From Parvibaculales bacterium (GTDB taxonomy: Bacteria; Pseudomonadota; Alphaproteobacteria; RS24), in assembly GCA_049889535.1 (NCBI GenBank), contig JBMHDF010000011.1, positions 18,459-82,458 on the forward strand: DNA of 64,000 nucleotides, read 5' to 3'. The translations under genes were made by a program, and so were the position numbers. Positions 38,889-46,769 of the stretch are shown piece after piece. Positions within the stretch are counted from its first letter, which is position 1. Each line of letters starts with the position of its first letter. Under the pieces are notes generated by a model. It did not search any database. It was not told the DNA's origin and was given only the letters and a program-made list of their open reading frames with translations.

Positions 38889-39524
38889 CTAAATTGCTAT
38901 AAAAGTATTTTTATCTTTGTCAAAAGAATGAAGGCTTGCGTCGGAAATGTCAAACCAAAGACCGTGAAATGTGAGTGCGCCAGCTTCGCAGGCTTGCTTG
39001 ACAAATGGATATTGCAGCAAGTTTTCCAGTGACATTTCAATACCAGCCTGTTCGAGCATTTTGGCATCAACATCACCCGCAAGCTGTTTTTTCTGCAATG
39101 CTGGCGTCAATAATTCAACCCAATTTGGAACATAATCAAAAGGCAAAGCAGCCTTGCCTTTCAAATTCATATCTAAACACCCTTGCACACCGCCGCATTT
39201 TGAATGCCCTAAAACAATCAAATGAGCCACTTTGAGCTGCTTAACAGCATATTCAAGCGCCGCAGCGGTTTCGCCCAAGCCATCAGCGCCGGGGGGCGGC
39301 ACCAGATTGGCAACATTGCGGTGAATAAAACTCGAACCAGACTCACCACCAAACAAATCAGAGGAAGGTAAGCGGCTATCACAACAAGCGATAATCATCG
39401 CAGGGGGTGCCTGTCCTTCTTCAGCTAAACGCAGCCTTTCTTCTTGTTGTGTTGCGGTTTGCCCACCTAACCACTGGCGATAGGCGGCCTTTAAATTTTC
39501 AGGTAAAGTCGTAATGTAAGTCAT
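38889..39524 (-). CDS. Beta-class carbonic anhydrase
   Basis: IIACCDSRLPSSDLFG and VLGHSKCGGVQG (Zn ligands C, H, C). Confidence 0.9.
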   Translation of the reverse strand: MTYITTLPENLKAAYRQWLGGQTATQQEERLRLAEEGQAPPAMIIACCDSRLPSSDLFGGESGSSFIHRNVANLVPPPGADGLGETAAALEYAVKQLKVAHLIVLGHSKCGGVQGCLDMNLKGKAALPFDYVPNWVELLTPALQKKQLAGDVDAKMLEQAGIEMSLENLLQYPFVKQACEAGALTFHGLWFDISDASLHSFDKDKNTFIAI

Positions 39525-39595
39525 AAAAAATATATGAAATGATTCAGTCTATCAGGCAATAAAACTTGAAAAAAAGAGACGCTTTTTTGCTGCCC

Positions 39596-39628
39596 CAAAC
39601 AAAAACGGGGGCGCCAATGGCACCCCCG
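39596..39628 (-). terminator. Rho-independent terminator downstream of proteorhodopsin
   Basis: The minus strand reads CGGGGGTGCC-ATT-GGCGCCCCCG followed by TTTTTGTTT. It lies 24 nt after the stop. Confidence 0.6.
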
Positions 39629-39651
39629 CAAATGCGTGCGTAAAGAGCGTA

Positions 39652-40434
39652 TTACTCAGATTCTTTCACGGCAACATTCCAAATAATCACACCAAAGGCG
39701 ATTTTATTCAAAACGTCCGCAATGTTGTAAACACCGTTCAATGTCGCTGCATCGCCAGCGCCCATCATTGTGCCAAGTACATAGCCGAGCGGATAAATCG
39801 CCCAACCAAATGTCACAATAAGACGCATGGTTTTAAATGCAGATTGAACAGATTCACTCGCATTTTCAGCTGAAATTTTGCTGGCTTGACCGGCAAAGAT
39901 TTCATACAGAACTGTGAACCAAGCCAACATGCTCAATACGAATGCGATTGTGTTGTCCATCAGACCAGCTTCACCAAGATAGCCGAATACGAGCATCAAG
40001 GTTGTGAAGATAATCAAACGCCAGAAGACGCCTGCTGGTACTTTCGCAATGGCAGCCAAAATCAAGTAGAATTCGACCATCAAAAGCGGCACTGTCAACA
40101 GCCAATCAATATAACGATAGACGAGCGGTGTATCACCAACGCCAGTCGCATTATAGGTCTCTACCCATACTTCGCGCATATAGAAATAATGCACAGCCGC
40201 AATCAGAGTAACCAGACCAGATACTGTAAGAGAAGTTTTCCACTTTGCTGCAACGCGGTCGCGCTCAATAAAGAAGAAAACAGTTGACGCAACAAGTGCA
40301 ATTGAAATCAACCAGAACGACACACCAACATAGTCATTTTGGCTCAGGTTTGAACCAGCAGACGCTACAGTTGGAAGTGAAGTAAGGGCGATTGCACCCA
40401 TTGAGAGTTTAATTGAATTAAATAGTTTACGCAT
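39652..40434 (-). CDS. Proteorhodopsin (green-tuned, DTE proton-pump motif)
   Basis: RYIDWLLTVPLLMVEFYLIL gives the GPR D97/T101/E108 equivalents with Leu at the 105 tuning site. Schiff-base Lys in YNIADVLNKIAFGVIIWNVAVKESE. Signal peptide MRKLFNSIKLSMGAIALTSLPTVASA. GGGAGG ribosome-binding site before ATG 40434. Confidence 0.93.
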   Translation of the reverse strand: MRKLFNSIKLSMGAIALTSLPTVASAGSNLSQNDYVGVSFWLISIALVASTVFFFIERDRVAAKWKTSLTVSGLVTLIAAVHYFYMREVWVETYNATGVGDTPLVYRYIDWLLTVPLLMVEFYLILAAIAKVPAGVFWRLIIFTTLMLVFGYLGEAGLMDNTIAFVLSMLAWFTVLYEIFAGQASKISAENASESVQSAFKTMRLIVTFGWAIYPLGYVLGTMMGAGDAATLNGVYNIADVLNKIAFGVIIWNVAVKESE

Positions 40435-40625
40435 TAGTTGCCTCCCTACGCAAAAATCGATTTTTAATACGCACGAGTCTGAAGTAGTGCGACATTTTGT
40501 CAAGGCAAATATTTTTTGTATTTTTTTTGGGAAAAAATTAAAGATTAAGCCATTGTTTTTAATGGACTATTTAAATAATGCTTATATTTAGGCGTTTTTT
40601 ACAGTTTGAAAGCCCAAAAATTACG

Positions 40626-41411
40626 TTATCGCCCACAATCTGACACCCAATTTATCGCATTTTCTATGAGTTTGCGATAATGCGGGTTTGCATAGGCAGA
40701 CGGCCCATCGCCTGCTTGCAAATAAACAATACGGCTTTTCCAAACCTCTCGCGCCCAACCAACCAATGCACTTGCCGGCGGATGATCCCAGCCTTCATTA
40801 TCATATAATTTTCCATCACAAGCGGCACGCGCTGCCGAATAAAAATTTTCAGCTTGAAACTCATAATCACTTTTTAATAATGGAATAACATCATCTTCAA
40901 AAACTTCATAAAGATATAACTCATCAACCATTTCAAAACTTGGCGGCACCCCTTGCGTCACAGGGTGGTCTGTCAAAACAGATATTTGATGGGTCACATC
41001 ATGGCGATAGCCACTATCCATGCAAGGCTTACCGCGCAGATTGCGGGGGGTATACAAAAACCGTCCACCCATCAGCTCTGCATAAAACTCCCAATCCTGC
41101 CACCCCGCAATGGCGTGATGTAAAAACACAAAGCCATGCCCTTGCTCAATAAGATTATGAAAATTTTTTTGATAGTCTGGTGATGGCGGTATAATTTCAG
41201 GCGGCGCCGTATCAAAAAAGATACCAGGCATATCATAAAGGACAAAAGCATCATAAGATGCAGCCCGCTCTGGGGTAAACAATGCCTGCGCTGCGGGTTG
41301 CTCCACCAATGTCCAGTCCAGAGCAGGCATAGTATCGAAAATATCATAAAAAGCCTCCCGTTCATATGGGTGACCTTTTGTGGTGAGTAAAATGCGAGTC
41401 TTTTCAGTCAT
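40626..41411 (-). CDS. ThuA domain-containing protein (class I glutamine-amidotransferase-like fold)
   Basis: ILLTTKGHPYEREAF...YDAFVLYDMPG...GFVFLHHAIAGW is the ThuA-like pattern. Confidence 0.75.
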   Translation of the reverse strand: MTEKTRILLTTKGHPYEREAFYDIFDTMPALDWTLVEQPAAQALFTPERAASYDAFVLYDMPGIFFDTAPPEIIPPSPDYQKNFHNLIEQGHGFVFLHHAIAGWQDWEFYAELMGGRFLYTPRNLRGKPCMDSGYRHDVTHQISVLTDHPVTQGVPPSFEMVDELYLYEVFEDDVIPLLKSDYEFQAENFYSAARAACDGKLYDNEGWDHPPASALVGWAREVWKSRIVYLQAGDGPSAYANPHYRKLIENAINWVSDCGR

Positions 41412-41459
41412 AAGCCAGCTTACCTAAAGAGCTGAAAAATAAAAACTATAGAGAAGCAT

Positions 41460-41491
41460 AAAAAAACGGGAAGAACCTAAGTGCTTTCCGT
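41460..41491 (-). terminator. Rho-independent terminator downstream of the small membrane-protein gene
   Basis: 8-bp stem (one G-U pair) at 41466-41473 / 41484-41491, followed on the minus strand by T7. Confidence 0.55.
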
Positions 41492-41516
41492 TTGTATTAT
41501 TGGTAATTATTTAAAT

Positions 41517-41831
41517 TTAGCCATCAATCGACTCTAGGGGAAGACCCAGTTTTTGAGCTAAAAACTCAACATCCATTGATGCGTTAGCAACTTTATAACC
41601 TTCTGAAATCAAACTTTTAATGTACATTTTATTATATATGAAAGCGAAAACCAGAACGCCAATCCCACCTGTCAAAAACGCGACAGCAAAGATAATCACT
41701 GCGCCGACAATATGTCCACGAAGCAAGGCTGGGAAAAATGAAAAGAAAAAAGTTGTCCAAGAAAAACCAACTGGCGCTTGTTTCATTGCCCCAGTGTTTG
41801 GATTTTTAAAATTAATTGTTGCAAAAGCCAT
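41517..41831 (-). CDS. Small two-TM membrane protein, DUF2628-like
   Basis: VGFSWTTFFFSFFPALLRGH...FAFIYNKMYIKSLISEGYK resembles the GFSWttfFFgffpAlfRG...YNK.Y...L...GY family. AT-rich. Confidence 0.55.
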   Translation of the reverse strand: MAFATINFKNPNTGAMKQAPVGFSWTTFFFSFFPALLRGHIVGAVIIFAVAFLTGGIGVLVFAFIYNKMYIKSLISEGYKVANASMDVEFLAQKLGLPLESIDG

Positions 41832-41906
41832 AATTACACCCTCTAAACTCAAAATTAAAATACACAAGAAAGTAAATCTTCTTTCATTCAAATAGTAAAG
41901 TGAAAA

Positions 41907-42665
41907 TTATAAATCTCTATATTTTGTCAATTCATCAGATTCAGCAGGCTGCTCATGATTTGTAGGTGATGCTTTACGCATTTTTATATTATGTAATGCC
42001 AAATCATCGGTCATGGACTCATTGGCCAACACGCAAATCCCAACATAAGGCACAAAAAGGTTTAGACCTGGGAAAAGCGCCGCAAAAAATAAGATAAGAG
42101 TTGAAGGGACATAATATTCACCCGCAAAAACATTCGACCGCAAGCGAATTTCCTGCAAAGAAAGATGATTACTTAATGCGTCCAAAAGCAAAAGCCGGCG
42201 AAACATAAAATAACTAATAGCGATATAAAATAAATGCCCAAAACCAACAATAAAAAGCAAAGGCGCACAGAGAATAAAAATAGAAATAAATTTGACGTAA
42301 ATCCAAATCATTTCAATAAGAGACGCGATTTCCCCCGCACTCGCATTTATGGGTAATGCCTGATAGCGATCCAAATAAATATTGTGAATAATGCGCCCAT
42401 TAAACATAGACAAAATGACAAACATAAGCGGCGCAATGAGGAAATAAGCGATAGTAAAGCAGACAACATGCACCAAAAAAACAATGAAGGCGCTGCCCCA
42501 TCCTTCTTCAACACCGTAATAATCTGACACAAAATCCGCTAGGCTGGATAATTGCCACCAGCCAACAGCAATTAAAATCAAAGAAATCACAAGAGAGATT
42601 AAAAAATATTTTAGATTCTTAAACTTTGTTGCATCATCAAAGCCAAGTTGAAATGCGTTCTGCAT
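41907..42665 (-). CDS. Polytopic membrane protein, EI24/CysZ-like
   Basis: Topology and the C-terminal FPGLNLFVPYVGICVLANESM resemble the CysZ/EI24 IPLLNLFIMPVAV block. Weak call. Confidence 0.45.
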   Translation of the reverse strand: MQNAFQLGFDDATKFKNLKYFLISLVISLILIAVGWWQLSSLADFVSDYYGVEEGWGSAFIVFLVHVVCFTIAYFLIAPLMFVILSMFNGRIIHNIYLDRYQALPINASAGEIASLIEMIWIYVKFISIFILCAPLLFIVGFGHLFYIAISYFMFRRLLLLDALSNHLSLQEIRLRSNVFAGEYYVPSTLILFFAALFPGLNLFVPYVGICVLANESMTDDLALHNIKMRKASPTNHEQPAESDELTKYRDL

Positions 42666-42819
42666 GAACCACCCTATCTGTCAGCTATATTTAATTATTC
42701 ATGATGACAAAGATTGCGCAGCTTCACAAATCAAAAATCATTCCCACAATATGTTTCAAAATTTTTAGAATTTACAAAACAGGTTTTTATCGAATAAGAT
42801 TTTGAGGAAGAGGGTGAAT

Positions 42820-43254
42820 ATGATTGAAAACCATTATTTATTATTATTGAGCCTCAGCCTTTTGCTGATTGATGTGGCCATTGCTTCAGAAATTCCATCT
42901 TGGATTGCCATTGGCCTTATTTCATATGTGGCAGTAGATGAGATTAATCTGAGTTGGGAATATTCTATTCCACTCTATATTACGATTTTCATGGCCTTGA
43001 TGCTATTTTACTATCTTATTTGGCGGCGTGTGGTTGAAAAAGTTGTAGATCGCTTCATCGCCCCAGAACAGTTTAAATCTCGACATGATGGTATTATTGG
43101 CAAACCAGCTGAGATAATTGAAATAGATGGCAAAAACTTTGCACGGGTCGATGGAGAAATTTTCAGTTTTCATTATGACGGCGAAATTGAGACCGGTAAA
43201 ACCTATAAAATTATTGAACAAAACTCAAATATTCTGACATTAGGAGAGCATTAA
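42820..43254 (+). CDS. NfeD family membrane protein (short form with a C-terminal OB fold)
   Basis: N-terminal TM segments plus GKPAEIIEIDGKNFARVDGEIFSFHYDGEIETGKTYKIIE. The stop overlaps the SPFH gene start. Confidence 0.75.
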   Translation: MIENHYLLLLSLSLLLIDVAIASEIPSWIAIGLISYVAVDEINLSWEYSIPLYITIFMALMLFYYLIWRRVVEKVVDRFIAPEQFKSRHDGIIGKPAEIIEIDGKNFARVDGEIFSFHYDGEIETGKTYKIIEQNSNILTLGEH

Positions 43255-44054
43255 TGGCTTTGATATACACTGTCCCTCAAAACCACGCAGTGGTTATTGA
43301 ACGTTTAGGGCGCTTTTCACGGGTGCAAAGAGATGGTATTCGCTTTAAAATTCCCTTTGTTGAAAGAATTAGAACGGTGGATGGCTGGGGCGGCATTGCC
43401 AATAAAAATGGCGTGCAAATTGAGCTATCTGAGCAACAAATAGATACACCGCGCCGGCAATGCCAAACCACAGACAATGTGACTGTGACCACCAATGCAT
43501 CGATTTATTTCCGGATTATTGATGTGCGCAAAGCTGTTTATGAGGTGGATATCATGCCACGGGCGCTGGCAGATATCGCGCTTAACGCACTGCGCTCTGA
43601 AATTGGCAAACATGCGTTAGATAATTTGCTGAAAGAGCGTCAAAGCATTAATGAAAATGTCGCTGCTTCGCTTATTGAAGCCACTAATAATTGGGGCATC
43701 ACACTCAGCCGCGTGGAAATTCAAGAGCTTGATTACTCTTCTGAAACCGCCGATGCTATGCTCCAGCAAATGGCGGCGGAAAGGCGCCAGCGCGCATTGA
43801 TTTCAGAAGCCAAAGGGGAAGCCGAAGCGATTAAACAAAAGGCTGAAGCCCAAGCTGAGGCCATTCGGATTGTCGCCGCCGCAGAGCGCGATTATATCGA
43901 CACGCTCACAGCTGGACTGGATAAAAAAGCCGCCGCGCAAATTTTATTGTCACAAAAATATCTGCAAGGCATGGACAGCATTTCCAAAAACCCGGCTGAT
44001 AAAGTGTTTATTCCAAATGGCTTTCAGGCGCTGATGGAACTCAAATCAGACTGA
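43254..44054 (+). CDS. SPFH/band-7 domain protein with no N-terminal membrane anchor
   Basis: VPQNHAVVIERLGRFSRV...TTDNVTVTTNASIYFRIID...ITLSRVEIQEL...AEAIKQKAEAQAEA. The domain starts at about residue 5, so there is no hydrophobic N-terminus. Confidence 0.88.
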   Translation: MALIYTVPQNHAVVIERLGRFSRVQRDGIRFKIPFVERIRTVDGWGGIANKNGVQIELSEQQIDTPRRQCQTTDNVTVTTNASIYFRIIDVRKAVYEVDIMPRALADIALNALRSEIGKHALDNLLKERQSINENVAASLIEATNNWGITLSRVEIQELDYSSETADAMLQQMAAERRQRALISEAKGEAEAIKQKAEAQAEAIRIVAAAERDYIDTLTAGLDKKAAAQILLSQKYLQGMDSISKNPADKVFIPNGFQALMELKSD

Positions 44055-44058
44055 CCTA

Positions 44059-44550
44059 TCAATCAACCTTATCAATACTGATGGGCGATAAGCGATGCAC
44101 ACCATGCACACGCCGCCCATCAGCCTCTACAGATAGATAGACCCCGCCATATTGATAGACGGGTGAACAGCGCTTCTGCCCCTCAAACTCTGGCAGGCCT
44201 TGCGTGATAATGATACAACGCTGATTATTTTCCGCCCACCAGCGCCCCGTCACACGGCCATTGGCATCAGCTCGCGACCAGTTATTTTCAAACCGCCCAT
44301 CGGCATACCAAAAATTTATCGCCCGTGTCGCCTTTTTATCTTGCACCTGAGCATCATCACGCACATTGGCAAAAATTGTTTTAATTTCAGCCGTTGTCAG
44401 CGCTCGCGCTTCTTCGGGCAAGGTTTTAATCTGCATTTTAATCTGCGCCTGCGCGTTAGCTATGATGAAATTTAATCCGCACAACACCGCCAGCGTTGTT
44501 GTCCAAAAAATTCTTGGCTCACTTAAAGTCAGTAAATAAGATTTTCTCAT
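44059..44550 (-). CDS. Hypothetical secreted protein (possibly DUF995-like)
   Basis: Signal-like N-terminus ...LAVLCGLNFIIANAQA. Trp/Arg-rich beta region GRVTGRWWAENNQRCII. The start is uncertain (44550, 44565 or 44592). Confidence 0.5.
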   Translation of the reverse strand: MRKSYLLTLSEPRIFWTTTLAVLCGLNFIIANAQAQIKMQIKTLPEEARALTTAEIKTIFANVRDDAQVQDKKATRAINFWYADGRFENNWSRADANGRVTGRWWAENNQRCIIITQGLPEFEGQKRCSPVYQYGGVYLSVEADGRRVHGVHRLSPISIDKVD

Positions 44551-44712
44551 GTCATGCCTTTTCATAAACTCAACCTTCAACAAGCATGACATTTCATCGC
44601 GTGTTTGAGGTTCGTTTATTATAGTTTAAGCGCCATTTTAACTATCACGCCAATAATGGAAAGGCTTACAATGCCCAAAAGAGTAATAAAAATAGTGGCT
44701 ATTAAGGAAATT

Positions 44713-44789
44713 TGGTAGCGGAGGAGGGACTCGAACCCCCGACACGCGGATTATGATTCCGCTGCTCTAACCAGCTGAGCTACTCCGCC
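44713..44789 (-). tRNA. tRNA-Met (CAU anticodon, elongator-like; lysidine-modified tRNA-Ile2 not excluded)
   Basis: Minus strand GGCGGAG-TA-GCTC-AGCTGGTTA-GAGC-A-GCGGA-ATCATAA-TCCGC-GTGTC-GGGGG-TTCGAGT-CCCTC-CTCCGCT-A-CCA folds as a cloverleaf. CCA is encoded. Confidence 0.9.
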
Positions 44790-44922
44790 AAAGGCGAGGA
44801 TTTTAAAAACAACCTGACGCCATGAAGTTATGTATTTAGTGCCTAGGGATTTAGCATATTAATATTATTTTGCAATTGTTTTGGTGTTAAAAAATGCGGT
44901 TTTGTTGGACTGAAAAGCCGGT

Positions 44923-45450
44923 TTAGTCCAGCTTCACCTCGCACCCATTATCCAAGCCTAAAACATGGGTCATACGCCCTAGCCCCATCCACATAGAAAT
45001 ACAATAGGTCAAATCCGTAATCTCGGCTTCGCTAAAGGCCGCCTTCATCTCTTGCCAAAACCCATCATTGGCCGATAAATCCCGTGGATGAGCGCCCATT
45101 TGCTTGGCATATTCAATCGCTAAACGCTCGCGCGGCTCAAGCGCGCTATAGTCCTCGCGCAACACAGACTGATAAAAAGCTTCATCAGGCGCATCACCAT
45201 TTTGATTAACACCATCAGCGATACCCATTTTTTCAATATCGCGGGCGGCGCGCCAATTCATACAAATTTTACATCCATTCAAAACGGCTGTTGCAATCCG
45301 CGCGCCTTCAAACACGCGCAAAGGCAAGCGACTGTGGCTGTAAACCGCATAAGCATAGGCATTGGCCGCAGATGTGATTTCAGGCACATAAAAACTGCCT
45401 GGATCGATACCCTCTGGCGCTTTATCTTCTGGTAATGTGATGCGTGACAT
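44923..45450 (-). CDS. Carboxymuconolactone decarboxylase (AhpD-like) family protein
   Basis: RIATAVLNGCKICMNWR is a CxxC-type AhpD-like core. ATG 45450 is preceded by AAGGGGG. Confidence 0.75.
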   Translation of the reverse strand: MSRITLPEDKAPEGIDPGSFYVPEITSAANAYAYAVYSHSRLPLRVFEGARIATAVLNGCKICMNWRAARDIEKMGIADGVNQNGDAPDEAFYQSVLREDYSALEPRERLAIEYAKQMGAHPRDLSANDGFWQEMKAAFSEAEITDLTYCISMWMGLGRMTHVLGLDNGCEVKLD

Positions 45451-45613
45451 GGCGACCCCCTTTTCGATAATCATGATTAGTTAACCAAATTTTATGGCCA
45501 AACTCAATATATCAGCATGTGTCTTGATTTATCGTCTAAAAATATCTTAGAAACGAATATTGTAATGTTCTAATATATTAAGAAAATTATATTATGGCTG
45601 AGGGTTGAGTAGA

Positions 45614-46642
45614 ATGAAAAAAGAAAAAAGAGTTACCGTAAATGATGTCGCTCAACAGGCTGGCGTGTCACTCAAGACGGCCTCACGGGTTTTTAACAAC
45701 AGCCCGCATGTGAGCCAACAAAAACGGCAAGCCGTCCTAAAAGCCGCGGAGAAACTTAAATTCAAACCGAATATGTCTGCCCGCCAGCTTGCCAGCAACC
45801 GGTCATATGTGTTGGTGCATTTTTATGATAATGCCAACACAGATTATATCGCGAAGATTTATGAAGGCATGCTGAAAGCGTGTCATAAATATCATTACTA
45901 TGCGGTTGCCGAGCCCCTATCATTAGAAAATGGCAATTATGCCGATACCATAATCAATTATGTCGGCCAGTTTAATATTGATGGTGTTATTCTTTCACCC
46001 CCGATTTGTGATGATGCAAAACTTTTGGCACGCCTAAAGGCTGAGAATATTAATTATGTGCTTATTTCGCCTAAAAATTTAAGACCAGAGGATTATGCCG
46101 TATTTGTGAATGAGGAAACGGCCTCGCAAAAAATAACCGATTATTTAATCGATATGGGGCATAAAAAAATTGCCTATGTTGGCGGCCCCGAAACGCATGG
46201 TGCGGCGCGGCAGCGCAAAAGAGGGTTTGAAAACTCAATCATGAAAGCCTTTGGTGCCACGCATCAAAACAGCCAAGTAAATGGTGATTTCTCAATGCAA
46301 TCTGGACATGATGCTTATTTGAAAATCATGAAACAATCACCCGATATTACTGCTATTTTTGCCGCAAATGATGAAATGGCTTTTGGCGTGATGATGGCAG
46401 CCCTTAATCATGGTCTAAAGATTCCGCAAGATATATCTATTGCTGGCTATGATAATTCGCGTCTTGCAGCTTTATTCTGGCCAAGTCTGACAACCATCGC
46501 ACCGCCCGTTGATGATATGGCCAGCTGCGCCACTGAAGTTTTAATCAATATTTTGACAGGCAATACCAGCCAAGACAAACATTATGAATTTCCGGTTAAT
46601 TTATTTTTACGCGATAGTTGTGCAGCAGTCGGTAACAAATAA
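45614..46642 (+). CDS. LacI-family transcriptional repressor
   Basis: VTVNDVAQQAGVSLKTASRVFNNSPHVSQQKRQAVLKAAEKLKFKPN (helix-turn-helix) plus a periplasmic-binding-protein-like core. Confidence 0.9.
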   Translation: MKKEKRVTVNDVAQQAGVSLKTASRVFNNSPHVSQQKRQAVLKAAEKLKFKPNMSARQLASNRSYVLVHFYDNANTDYIAKIYEGMLKACHKYHYYAVAEPLSLENGNYADTIINYVGQFNIDGVILSPPICDDAKLLARLKAENINYVLISPKNLRPEDYAVFVNEETASQKITDYLIDMGHKKIAYVGGPETHGAARQRKRGFENSIMKAFGATHQNSQVNGDFSMQSGHDAYLKIMKQSPDITAIFAANDEMAFGVMMAALNHGLKIPQDISIAGYDNSRLAALFWPSLTTIAPPVDDMASCATEVLINILTGNTSQDKHYEFPVNLFLRDSCAAVGNK

Positions 46643-46707
46643 TCGCCATAGAAATAATAATCATTTAAAAACAACACCTTATCTTATTTCACCGCGCATA
46701 TTTTAGT

Positions 46708-46736
46708 TTGACAGCGCTGTCATATGTGACTAAACT
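46708..46736 (+). promoter_or_regulatory. Candidate sigma-70 promoter of the ED operon (TTGACA-N17-TAAACT)
   Basis: Perfect -35 at 46708-46713, a 17-nt spacer, then TAAACT at 46731-46736, 34 nt before the zwf ATG. Confidence 0.5.
46709..46722. promoter_or_regulatory. Perfect 14-bp palindrome TGACAGCGCTGTCA, a LacI-type operator
   Basis: Self-complementary with a central CG, as in the LacI/GalR family. It overlaps the -35 box and sits between lacI and zwf. Confidence 0.65.
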
Positions 46737-46769
46737 GTTCGAAATTTGGATAATTTAGGTTTATTTCAT

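Noticed and set aside
40498-40503. Perfect TTGACA (minus strand) upstream of proteorhodopsin as a -35 box
   Set aside because: With a 16-18 nt spacing the -10 candidates (such as AGACTC) are poor, so I did not call a promoter.
41450-44789. Possible integrated genomic island at tRNA-Met
   Set aside because: There is no integrase, excisionase or phage/plasmid gene. I could find no direct repeat of the tRNA 3' end by eye. The tRNA 3' end points away from the AT-rich stretch. I report it only as a compositional islet, not as a mobile element.
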